In this document: in pieces, positions 11,285 through 23,638 of the stretch | Layout: each line of letters starts with the position of its first letter | Position numbering within the stretch: position 1 is the stretch's first letter | Assembly: GCA_965644295.1 (NCBI GenBank) | Contig: CBFFRP010000181.1 | Location: 62,001 to 126,000, forward strand | Direction: 5' to 3' | From: Paraphysomonas bandaiensis | Taxonomy: Eukaryota > Protista > Chrysophyceae | DNA length: 64,000 nt | Position numbers and translations under genes: made by a program | The notes under the pieces: generated by a model | Told to the model about the DNA's origin: nothing | What the model saw: only the letters and a program-made list of their open reading frames with translations | The model's database searches: none

Positions 11285-11775
11285 ATAAAGATGCAACAAA
11301 TGATTTCAATAAAAAAAGTTTTTTATTTAATGAATTCTCACCACAGATAAGGGGGGAATATATTTAAGTCGTAATGTATGTATATGATTGTTTCAAGGGG
11401 TTCTGCATGGTCCATGAATATATATATGGATTTGACCATCATTACCACAATTGAGAAACTTCAAAGAACAGCCTGTCAAAGCAGACGTATCTTAAAGAGA
11501 CACTTTCAACAAATTCAGTTGCTTTGGAATTATGCCACTAAAATGTTATCTAGAAATTCCAATTGCTGTTTTTGTCTGTCTGGTCACTAAAAAACTACGA
11601 CTTCGATATATTCTTGCCCAAATATACCCGTTTTCTTCATTTTTAGCAGTTTATTCGAGCACCAGCAGGAGAGTTTTTACAGCGATTATGGAGCAGTATG
11701 TGGTAGATATGATATATATATATGGATATGGCGGATATATAATCATATAGCATCCATAGCATAATATAATAAACT

Positions 11776-13884
11776 ATGTCCTCTGCACCAATCTCTCGCA
11801 TATCATTCTCTAATCGTAACACATCATGTGATGAATCTGAACCCCAATCATCCCCTCTCCATCCTCATCTAGAGAGAAAGACCACTCTATCTCCCAATCC
11901 ACGTACTAGTCGTGTATTATCTCGTGGAAGTATTTATGGAGGTAGAATCTCATATTTAGAGCCAAGGAAGGCTTCTGTAGCCTATCGTGGCAGTGTGATG
12001 GTTGCTATAGCAAGAGAGGCGGATAGTATTAAACAAGAGCTTCAACAGGGCTTCATAGGAAACAGAGTATTTCATATATCGTGGGCTGTATATTTTGTTG
12101 TTTTATCTCTTATTGGTGGATTCATTTTATGTACCTCTGACGACACTAGTTTTGTAGATTCACTATTCGATTCCACAAGTTGTGCTGTGAATAGTGGTCT
12201 TACTGCTGTGTCTGTGGCTGAACGGTCTAAAGCATCTTTTGTATGGATGGCAATCTTGATGCTTCTAGGATCTGGTCCGATTTTACTTCTCCCCACCATT
12301 CTCTTCCGTTGCTACAAACTGAAAAAGCACATACCCAAAATGCAAAGTGCTCTGGCATCTTTGGAGACGCCAGACAGTTCGAAACTCGTAATCCTAGATC
12401 ACTTGCTACTTTATGACGCGAGTATGGTGTCTGCCGTCGTTATCCTTCTTTATGTTTTGTTGTTTCTTCTACTCGGCACCCTTACTCTTACCCTTGCCTA
12501 TCAATTGTATGATATGGAACCAGCTCTTCGGAACCGAGGCTTCACCTTTTTCCAAATAGCTCTTTTTACTGCCGTATCTGCTTTTACCAACTCCGGTATT
12601 CTCCTTTCCCCTGATAGCTTATCGTATTACACTAATAACGCTGCGGTACTGATTATCTTGTCGATAATTATCACCGGTGGGAACGTTTTGCTCCCGGTTT
12701 TGCTAGGTCAGCTTTGCCAGTGTGTGCGCTGGATGAGCAGACACGTTTTAGGCCCCGCACATAGGTGGACCAATGCTCTCGACTACGTTCTCTTAAACCC
12801 ACGTCTCATTACAACACACATGTACTTTCACGGAGAGAATATGTATTTGTTCCAGTTCTTTTTGCTGAGTAACACTCTTATGACGATATTCTTTGCATGT
12901 GTGAGTGCTAATCGCGAAAAAATGATGCAGTACGGCTCCAACTCGGAGGTAGCTCTCTTGGGTCTCTTTCAGATTATCAATGCCCGGCACTCTGGATTTG
13001 CAGTGTTTAATTTTAGAGATTTAGGGTCTGATGTTTTATTCATGTATGCATTGGCAATGTTTCTAGTTCCGGTTCCATATATAGGCGTTCTCAGAGCTAC
13101 CAGTGCGTACACACTTTTGTCGTTGTTGTGTATGTGTGTGTACTTCGTTGTTGTTATGTAGCAATTTCCTTGCATCCACTCTGTAACAATGGTATGTGTG
13201 TTCTTAGGTCAGACTGCGAAAGTTGATGAGAGTGAAATGTTATTAGTGACTGTCATGAAGAAGATTGTGTTCCGCGTATGGTTTCTACGACTTCTCGTTA
13301 TTCTGGCGTTGGTTGTATGCGAGAATCACACGATAGAAGACAACCAAGAGGATGTACAGTTATGGTACATCATATTCGAAGTCATATCCGCTTACAGTAA
13401 GTATTCTTTCGCGCCTACTCATATATCTGGTAAAAATTTATTACTCTGTCTTTGAGTCTGCTAAATATTGGTATTCGTATTTCCGATCGTATGTACGTTA
13501 CCTACTTTGTGCTGCATAGAAGTGGCTCGGAATATAATCTTCTTCTATGATGAACGCCCTTTAATGCTTGTGTTAGGCTTAGTTGGCGTTAGCGTGTCTG
13601 CACCTGGCACAGAATACTCACTCTCAGGAAAATTTACGACATATGGTAAACTTTGTGTCGTACTTGCATTCCTAATTGGGAAGAATAGAGGACTGCCGGA
13701 ACTGTCAGATCCCGTTATAGACTTCACTTTCCCGGAACTTCGAAACGCGTTAGATCAGTATGACAAGCTGGCGAAAATCGGTGGTGCTATTGGAAATGAT
13801 AGAGCCATGTCTCCTATAGAATTGAAAATGATAGAAGAAAATGATGAGAATATTGAGAATGATGTTGGCAATGTAGATTTGTAA
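11776..13884 (+). CDS. Trk/HKT/Ktr-family cation (K+/Na+) transporter, 3 exons
   Basis: Four MPM pore loops: DSTSCAVNSGLT, TAVSAFTNSG, FQIINARHSGF and spliced FEVISAYS|LVGVS. C-terminal SLSGKFTTYGKL...GKNRGLP is typical of Trk/HKT. Confidence 0.9.
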
Positions 13885-14532
13885 TTGGGGAGTCATAATC
13901 GTTCCTCTCGTAATCGTGGTGAATAGTACCTACAAGCAAACGGAAAAATTTTGGCTTGTACGAAGTTGTACCACTATTTCTGATAATGTGTGTGCATTTA
14001 GAAATAGCTTTGTGTAAGTAATGCTCATAAAGACTACAGTTTAATTTGTTCTTTTTAGAGTAAATATAGTGGTTCTGACCGTTTGAATTGCATTGATTTA
14101 CGATTTGCTGATTCAAGTAAAAATATCTCCGTAGGTCCTAGGAAATAAATCTTTCATACTATGCAACTCATCAGTAATCTATTGATAGTCTTCACTTCAA
14201 TGTGCACAATTACAACACGCGTTCTTCTTACTTTTGGTGCGTAATATCGAAAATCGAGACTATTAGGATGTGTTCAACCACTCTAAGTCTTTTTGGTATT
14301 AGTGCTTAGTATATAAGTCGAAGTCAATGTATCACTACTCAATAATCAATTAAATTTAGGACATAGTCACAGTAGACTAAATTTAAAAGTCCATTTAGAG
14401 GGGGGAAAAGCCAATGACATATACATTAATAGCATTACTGTGACTACAAAAAAAGGTTTTCGACGAATCGCACCCCCCCCATAATATTGACACACCACGA
14501 ATACACAATTATTATTCGAATTATAAGAACTT

Positions 14533-16776
14533 TCAAGAGCGACGTAGCCGTGCATTCCACGGCTTGTCCGAGTAACCGCTATTGCTAAGGTCCCCATATA
14601 TCAACCTGGCTTGCGCTTTTGTCATAGCCGGCTTCTTTACCTGTTTCTCGTAGCTAGCAAATCGATCATACCCTTTCTTTGGACTGCTACTTCCATTCAA
14701 CTGTCTTCGTTCTTGACTACTACTCCTACGAGTAGTATTACGCCCACTATGGCTGCTTCTATTCAAACCACTCGTTTCGTGCCCTCGATCATCCGACGGG
14801 CCAATAACACTAGGATAATTTCGATTCCGTTTCATCGCAGCCTGTTGCTCTCTTATCCTCCTGCGGTGATATATATCTTCTTCAACAGCCCTTGCATCCG
14901 ATATGCGATCACTATGATCACTTCGCCTACGGGGACTGAGTAGGGCATCTTCTAGAGTTATCTCTGACGGAGCATTGTCATCTTCCAGACTACCTTCATC
15001 GGCACTCTTTCTACGAGCACGAAGAGAAGTACCTACAACTGTCTCGCGATTGTGGCGGTGGCTGTAACCTTGCACACGGGATTCGTTCACCGCTGCGACA
15101 TGCTTGTCCCAAAGGCGGACATAGCCATTAGGAGTAGACTGTAGCGGCTCGCCTATAGACGATTTAGCGCGCTCTTTTCTAGTGTCACGCTGTCTATCAT
15201 CAGCAGCTCCATGCTCACGAGAAGCACTGCCTGTATCCAGAGACTGGTGTACTACCCGACCATTCCGTCGATGAGACGGTTCTGACAGATAGCTAGCATT
15301 GCGTGATTGCTTTTCAATGGATCTATTCGCAAAGTCAGTTCGTTGGGAATGCTTCGGAGCAGAATGTGTGCGCACGCCGCTCTTCGTTAGATCTTTATGA
15401 TAGGTGCCCGTTCTACTTCGAAGAGGAGAGTGAGACGCAGCTTGTCGTCTAATAGTGGGCTCTACACGAGTTGGGCTAATTTTATTCCTACTACTCTGCG
15501 TGGGCTCCATCAGGGATGATGCACGGCGAGTATAAACTCTTTTCCGCCCCCGCTCGCTCGTGCCACCGTTCTCCTGATTCACAGTAGTATTACCACGGTG
15601 TTCATCAATAGCTGTTGGTGGCTTCAGACCGGTGCGAATTCCATGTGAAGGAGATCGGATGGGAGAACGGCTGGCACGTAGAAGAACATCTGCAGCGGCT
15701 TTGGCCATCGCTGCCCGATGCTCACTGTCCCTGAGCAGAGAGAGTATATAAGACTCATGTAATCATTCAGAACACAGTGAAAAAGCTGGTGCGGTAATAC
15801 ATTCATATCCATAGTGTTCAAAATAAAAAAGCGATACACTTTAATTTGCACCAAGACAAGATCAAATGTAATATACAAGATTAATGGTAATAAACTGTTG
15901 TCTAAAAGAAATAAGTGAACACTCCTCATATGATATGGCGCGTACCGTTGAGCATCGATATCACCTTCCCTTGAGTAACTAGTATAATGGACCCTATCCT
16001 TGACAAGGTAATCAGTTTGAATTGGCGGGGCAGAGTGGTATGATCGGTCGGTGAGCTGATTGCTAGAGTGGGTAATAATATCATACGCCGCAGACACTGC
16101 TGCGAAAGGAACGTAAATAGTATGTATTACATGAAGTAGCAAATCGAAACTATCATGGCAGCAGCACAATATATGTATAACATATGGAAATACATTGTAA
16201 TCGGATGCAATGTATGAAATAGTGCCAATACGTACATATAGCTTCCCGCTTAGTGCCAACTGGGTCAGGTACCACTGATCGATCAGGTTCTCTATAACGT
16301 GGCTTCTCCGCAACAGTCACACCCATGCCCACGACTGGCTCTTTATAGCGAGGTTTCTCCACAACAGTCATACCCTTGCCCATAGCAAATCGTACCCATC
16401 GATGAAACGCCCTTGCCTCAGCTTTAACGATCTGGCACCGGAACACCCACATGCAAGTCATAGTCGCCGCCCGAACATTCTCATTCAAGAGTAAATGGAG
16501 AGGCAAATCAATTGACCCTTTATCATGTTGTTGCTTACGAAGCTGAAATCAATAACAAATATTAGATAATACTGTGATGATAATAGAGGCTATACATACA
16601 GCTGATTTCAGACTCTGTATTTCAGCAATTAATGTGTGTTTCTCCTTATAAGCTCTGTGTATATATCTCATTGAATCCCTTATAATCAGAGGAGTATATG
16701 ATTACCTCTGTAATTGTGAACTTAATCCACTATGTCGCTGATCTGATTTTTGTGTATCATTATCACTATTGTCCAT
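14533..16776 (-). CDS. Uncharacterised multi-exon protein, Arg/Ser-rich and low complexity
   Basis: A 391-codon terminal ORF plus upstream exons (MDNSDNDTQ..., ...RAFHRWVRF...EKPRYKEP/EKPRYREP duplicated) flanked by GT-AG sites. Exon boundaries are approximate. Confidence 0.55.
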
Positions 16777-17479
16777 TGCTATCATATATATATATATGGA
16801 ATAGTAATATACAGATATATGCTCACTGTATTAATTAATATCAGTTATTTACTTATCATTGCATGCAGTTGGCATTCATTTGAATATTGTTTTCATATCA
16901 GGTACTCATGGTTTCCACTGTTCTTATATCTGTTAATAATAATGACCTGTGAAGCCTCATATATAAGTGACAGCGGAGCTATTCATTGCAAACTACAGTC
17001 CAAAAATACATCGCCAATATAGCAGAGTTTTTTTCAACCTTCACGCACACACATCTAGACATACACATATGGACATCAGGATATGATACGTACTGTATGT
17101 CAAAAAACTACAAAGCATCACATACATCCAAGTTCTTCATCATATATTCCCACGTCAGGAGCAGCAAAGACTACTCTACATACGACTTTTATGTTTACTA
17201 TGTATATCATAGTAGAAAGATGAAACGAAGTAAACTGGATTGTGTACGACAAAATCAGTATGAATTGGACAAGAATTATATGATACATACATACATATGA
17301 CATGTACATAAAAGTCATACTAGAATAATCATGAAACTACGAAATTTTGTAGAGTGATATCTATTATTTGTTGCCATATCAAGCGAGAACTGATGTGGAT
17401 TCATATAAGCTGATAGTATATATAATATGATGCTGTTGTAGTGGTGTACATTTTAACATAATACTCACATTATTTAGTC

Positions 17480-20400
17480 ATGCCAGTGGCTAAACATCGA
17501 GCCGATCTAGCTGAGCTCATATCCATTGCAGCCGTGCAAAGGAAACGTTTAAATCATAGGCAAAGACGGCATCATAGCTTGTTTACAACAAGGCGAGAAT
17601 CTCAGCCTCGTATCCGAAAATTCTCAAAATCCATAAAACAGAGATTAGAGAATGTTATTAAAAATGTTTCCCGTCAGGAATGCTCAACTGTACTTGAGGA
17701 AAGTGTGAGTGATTTTGAACAGGAAGATAATCTGCCAGAGAAGGAAACACAGCCTAACGGAAGTAGAAAACAGCAGCGTCAACTGGCACTGCGTTTATCG
17801 AGTCAAATACATTGGTTTCTGGAATTACCTTTGGTTCGATTTTCTCGTCTATTTGTCATTTTCATGGCATTTTTTACACTCTCCTACGAAGCATCTAATG
17901 GAATATCAAGTTTCATGGATAATGCAGTAGTTGAAGCCGATATTGTTATCGACAGCTATTTTATAATGGAAGGCGTTCTCAAGCTGCTTGCCCTCTATGC
18001 CCATCTAGATATGCACAAAGTGTTTCGTCAGAAAGTGGGGGTGATATTATTCCTTCGGCGGTCGGGAATAATCGATATCATAATAGCTTCTTGTAGCGTG
18101 ATATTTGCACGGAATAGGGTAGGCGATTGGTTTCGACTGGTGCGGATTCTTCTGATTTCTTCGTTTGCTTTGGAGGAAATGCCACATTTAGAAGTCCTGC
18201 TAGTAAGTGGCTATAAATTATGTTTTAGTTCGTAGTGGTCTTGATTGAGATCATTCATGTTTGCTCTGTGTGATCTCCTTGTGATATGCTGCGTATATGT
18301 GATCAGATGTTTGTAAGATTCTAATTGTGTTGAATGTATAGAGTGGTATATCATTTGGAATGAGGTCAATCGTGTCCACATGGCTGCTGTTGTCCCTAGT
18401 GTTTCTAGTGTTTGCGTCGTGCGCCTTGACGGTGTTCGAAGATAATGACCCTTTCCATTTCGGGTCCATCGCTCTCAGCATGTGGACATTCTTTGAGCTG
18501 GCAACCTTAGATGTAGGTACTGATGAGTGCTATACCTGTTATATTTATTGGTTTTGTAGAACTGGAGTCGCGTGATGTATATAAACATGTACGGTTGCGA
18601 TTCGTACCCCTCTGACTACACAGCACCTGATAATTCTACTGCCACAACTGAGCGGCACCGTTATGGGAAAATGATATTACCCGTATGTGACAAACCAGAA
18701 GCCCAACCAATTGCGGCGACGGTTATTTTTGTCACTTTTATTATTCTCTGTGGCTTGATATTGATCAATCTGACGATTGCAGCAGTGACAGCCGGTATTA
18801 ACGACAGATTAGATGAACTACGTAAAGAAGATCTCATGCGCGAGCTCAGTGCTGTGGGGCCCCTGGATGCATCCGATGACAAGAGTGGTAAAAATTTAAT
18901 TACTGATCCTGATATGCTTCTGCTTTTGATGCAGCAGGTATGAATTCTGTGAGATGGTTTAACTGCTTGTTCATTGCTGAAAGTCGGTGTGTTTGAATTG
19001 TTGTGTATTTGTGTTTCTACACTGCCGAAAATTTCATAATGAACATCTGGTAGGTATGGAAAGAGCATGACGATCATGCTAGAAAGCAAGCTCGTGCACA
19101 GCATGAAGGAGAGGGGAATTCTCGTGGCATTAGGCAAACTGTTCAGGACCGTTTTACACTGAGCTCTGATGCGAATAACCGCAATAGCTTTTTTTATGTA
19201 TCAACGGCTTTAAAGTGTACGGATATGAGACAGCAAAGTGTATTTATGCGAGATCTGACTGGATATTATCTATATAAGTACGTTGCTGCGACCTTAGTGA
19301 CATTTTCTGCTCTAGTAGAATTATGGTCTCTTCAGCATCCTGAAAGTAGATACACTGCAGACTATGTTCAACTGGTTCTTCAGTTTTTGTTTTCCTTTGA
19401 TTTGTACTGCAAAACAATTGCTTCATATCCAGCTTTCGCAACCTACTACAGGAATCGATGGAACGTCTTTGATACAGCTATAGTCATCGTAACTTGGGTT
19501 CCGGTGTTTACAATAGGAATGAAAGGGAAGGGTGTAAAATACATAGGTAGGGTGATGTACTACATCATGTGTTTGGCAAATATTTTCTGTCGTATATTTG
19601 TCGTAGCGCTTATTTATATATGAACATATATCTACAGTCAGTTTCATATAAGATATTTACTTTTCTTTTAACTATGATTCAGGGTTATTCCGCGTTCTGA
19701 GGATTCTCCGCCTACTTAAAATGCTTACGTGGATCCCGGAGTTAAATGTTATCTTGCATTCGATTGCCTCTTCTGCTCGAGCTCTCGTATACGTTATTAT
19801 GCTTATGTTTGCGTTCTTTTATCACTTTGCTGTTGCGGGCATTTTCCTTTTCGAGGATAATGACCCACAGCATTTTGGATCACTGTTTAAAGCTTTTGTT
19901 ACACTCTTTCAGGTGAGATTTAGTATAACGTGACAGAAATACAACCCCCACTGTACTGAGTGAATAAAATATTTTTTGTAGTGCTCCTCTTTGGATGACT
20001 GGTCAGAGGTTGCCCGGACGAATATGTATGGGTGTGATCTCTATGGATATGATACTGGGGAAGACTACTATGACTCTCAGTGTGTTAATCCTGTGGGGCT
20101 GGGATGGATCGCCGCGTGGTAATAAACATAAGTAGTTGCATACCCACAGCTTCTTTTATATACGTCAGATTTCTTTTAATCTTTCACCTACTTCTATATA
20201 GCTTACATGACATTCGTTGACAGGTACTTTATTCTGATTGTGATCATCGGGGTAATGGTGCTTCTTTCCTTGTTTGTTGGTATCATTATAACGTCCATGG
20301 AACTTCTCAAAGAAGGCATCAAAGAAGAAAAAGAAGTGTGGGCAAAAGTCAAAGTTAAACAGAAACAATACAACATGAGAGATACGACTATAAAGAATCT

Positions 20401-21611
20401 GTTGGAAATATTTGATTTGATTGATGTTGGCGAAAATGGGAAACTGACGGTAATAGCCCCGCTAATACTGAATAGTTTTGTCGTTATGTTGAGCTTTGTA
20501 TATGATCGATGGTGTGCTTCGTTGCTTTGTTCTAATATATTTGTTTAGCTTAACGAGCTGAAACCAGTGCTGGAAATTGTGGCGCTTTCTGAATCCAATC
20601 AATTTTCTCTGTTTATGATGGTGAGGATCCTATGTATTTGGTATATAGCATCAAGGGTTTTATTCCTCCAAATATTGAATATTATTAGTTACACCAACCC
20701 CTAAGCATCTGTTGTAGGTGGATAATGATTCGTCGGGCCAGATAGATTTCAGTGAATTTTTAGAGCTGATACATCTTGTGGGAAAGGCGTATAAGGCAAA
20801 TAATGCGAAGCGACTAAAGAAAGGAAAACTTCTCCCTCATGAACTGAAAAGTAAAATAAAACATGCTCATAACCAAAGCAGTGGTAGTGTATTGGAAAAA
20901 CTGTTTCAATTTGGTAGCTCGAACGCGCGGAGCGGAACTAGTTCCAAAAGCATAGTCGGGAGTGCAAATTCCCAAGTTGTGCCTGCAGAAATGTTAGCGA
21001 ATGAAGTTAGTGATGACAATGATGACGAGTCGTTAGTTGAGTTCGTTCCAATCGGTGAAAATATTGACGGTGAAGAATTCTTGAGTATGTGTCGAAAGGA
21101 TTCCGATTATTCAAGCAAATATTCCGACAGTCAGAAGGAGCACAAAAGTGATGACGGCACTAAGGGTGCTAAAGTTGTTAGTGAGAATGAATTAGGAATG
21201 TCGTTTTATCAAAAAGAACTGGGCAGCGAGATTGCTTCTATTGTCAAAACGACCAAAGACAGCGATGACGAGTGCCAGTCGCTCAAGCAAAGTGACTTAA
21301 CAGATGTTAGAAACTTTTCTGTCTCGTCGATGTCCTCTTTGTTACCCTCTCGAAAAAGCGGTGGAAATGGTGTGAATGTGTACACTCGCATAGTAGAAGA
21401 TCCACAAGATGAACAGCCCCTTGCTACTGATGTCTCAGTGAATCATGGGGTTGATGACGGAAAACACAAATCTATTGTGTATAGTTATAAGGATGATGCG
21501 AGCTCTAATGTAGGAAGCAGTACAGAATTATCACCTCAACAGAAAGAATTGAAAGCTATACACGAGAATCCTGACCCTGATAGCATCAGTGAACGAGAAG
21601 CAAAGTCATAA
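17480..21611 (+). CDS. Two-repeat (2x6TM) voltage-gated Ca2+/Na+ channel-like protein with a C-terminal EF-hand pair
   Basis: Repeat I: NDPFHFGSI...ELATLD|NWSRVMYINMYGCD. Repeat II: RWNVFDTAIV, S4 LFRVLRILRLLK, NDPQHFGSL...FQ|CSSLDDWSEVARTNMYGCD. EF-hands DVGENGKLT|LNE and DNDSSGQIDFSE. About 9 short introns. Confidence 0.88.
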
Positions 21612-22499
21612 CACATATAGAATGCCATGAAGCTTGGAGCTCACCACTGTGAATATCGCTTGTATTATGTCTTATCCTCGTTTAAATTTTAGATTCTATC
21701 GTGTTTGATTAATCTGAACTCATCTGTTACTCGTCCATTAAGTAAATATTTGTGTTTAGTATGGTAATGATGTCCAATCTCAATAGATAGGGCTTTCAGT
21801 ATGAGGACCTTTCGTATCAGGAGATATCAATGTAGAGCACGGTGTATTACTATAATATCAAGAGTTGTTGACCGTGTTCGAGGTTTGATTGATATCACCA
21901 ATGTTGACATTTAAAGTAGGGCTACTATAGGCTATGTTATGGCCATTAGCATCCTATTTACGAACTACCAACGATATTTACACCACACGTAAACAGTTTG
22001 AGCATCTCAGTATTCAACATGAAAAAGCATTACTATGATTTCATTCGATAATTTGGTGTTTTGCTGCTTGAGAGCAATTAAAAACTGTAGTTCTAAAGTA
22101 TTTGAAGTACGACCGTAACTTGAATAATACAGTTGTGAGTTGTGAATAACAGTATTACATGAACTAATGCCATGATAGTAATAATCATAGTAGTGAAACG
22201 GAAATATATTGACCTATAATAAGGTCGTGATATATCTAAGATTGCATGTAAATGATTGGTATTTGAGACAACATACATACATACTATGATACTATGGCGA
22301 TTGACAAAGAATTGATCGTAATTTTACTATATGTTTATATTTTACCCTCAACAAAGTCAGACTCGCATCTTTTCGTTGTGTTCTAGGGGATAAGTACCGG
22401 AGATATTTCTCCGGAAAACTAACGTGAATCGTATAGATATAGTTAGCAGATATTATTCTGCCCACTCATTGCTAAATACTTGTGAATAAGTGTCACTTG

Positions 22500-22780
22500 T
22501 ATAGAGCTTTGGGCCTTGACGAATAAACAAGCATCCGGGAATGGGCCCACCTCAAGGGCATCCGGGGTATTGGGATGTCTACTGAATCAAGCATTCGGGA
22601 TGTTACCTTAAGGACAGATAGCAAAAGAGGTTGAACCTTGGTGCTTGCGGTGACGCACAAGCAGCTTTCGTAGCGTAAATCAGTAGGATATCAGAGCTAA
22701 GCACTAGTCAGTAAAATTGTTTTGCTACATTAACTCTTACACGCCTATTGCTAATAACCAGACATTCACTTCTATTTATA
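22500..22780 (+). mobile_element. Second copy of the retroelement 3'-end module (diverged subfamily or SINE-like)
   Basis: 22635-22667 is 32/33 identical to 40823-40855. AGTAGGATA and ACGCCTATTGCTAA (22741-22754) are also shared. The 5' boundary is uncertain. Confidence 0.75.
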
Positions 22781-23309
22781 TTTTTTATAACAACAGCATC
22801 AATAAAATATACATTTCACTGAAGTTAACTTTGCTCTACACGTAAACCTGAATCATGCTTTGTTGAATGCAATGCACTTTCAAGTAAGAAATTATAATTA
22901 TTAATCTAAATACTACACTACATGTTCATGTAACATTTGGTGAACACCTGTTCATAGCAACATCTGTTTATCATATGTTCACCAGTCACTCCTATATCTT
23001 ATATAGTCAGTAACTGAGTTTAATTTCTTTGTAATCATAATCACCCGTTACACATATGAGTTGACTTCACCTGTTACAGACTATTAACTCGCTTCAATTG
23101 CACAATATATATCGCATCAAAATGCAGAACTCAGTATATACAAAAAGTCACTGATAATGTGTAGTAACTGTTAAAGATAATACTTGTAGACGAAATATTG
23201 ATGTTGGTGAGTGATGCGTTGCCACAATCATATTGCTACGACATCACTATCTCTCCTAGTACAATTCAGCGAGTACTGTACCTCAGATCCTGGTTCCTGG
23301 TTCATAAAG

Positions 23310-23394
23310 GCATTAATGGTGGTCCAGTTTCCGGCAATTATAATGGCCATTAATGCCATGATTACCATTAACGGTTACCAGTTACCAGGCCCTG
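23310..23394. mobile_element. Solo right end of an hAT element related to the 8144-8935 MITE
   Basis: ATGGCCATTAATG subterminal motifs followed by TTACCATTAACGGTTAC...CCCTG, parallel to TTACCATTAATGGTTACGCAAGCCTG at the MITE end. No partner end was found. Confidence 0.55.
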
Positions 23395-23638
23395 CTACTT
23401 AATGCCAGCTACTGATATTAACTAGAAAATATGAGAGACATAAGATTGTAGAAAACGATCCATGACATGAAACTAGCACATTGTCTTATCATCATATATA
23501 TATTCAGTGTTATTTTGAGGTCAGTAAAAATTTGAATACATTTGTGGAATATGCTTGAAATATTCAACTGGCTATATATAAAAAATACCAACCGCAAATT
23601 AATACTTTTCATGTCATTTAAGTTCATTCCAATGTGTT

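Noticed and set aside
22333-22786. TTTATATTTT as a TSD for the 22.5-kb repeat copy
   Set aside because: A low-complexity AT match that is likely by chance, so the boundary is left undefined.
22924-22985. GTTCATGTAACA / TGTTCACCA motifs shared with 63249-63270
   Set aside because: Only 9-12-bp matches with no termini or TSD; insufficient to call a repeat family.
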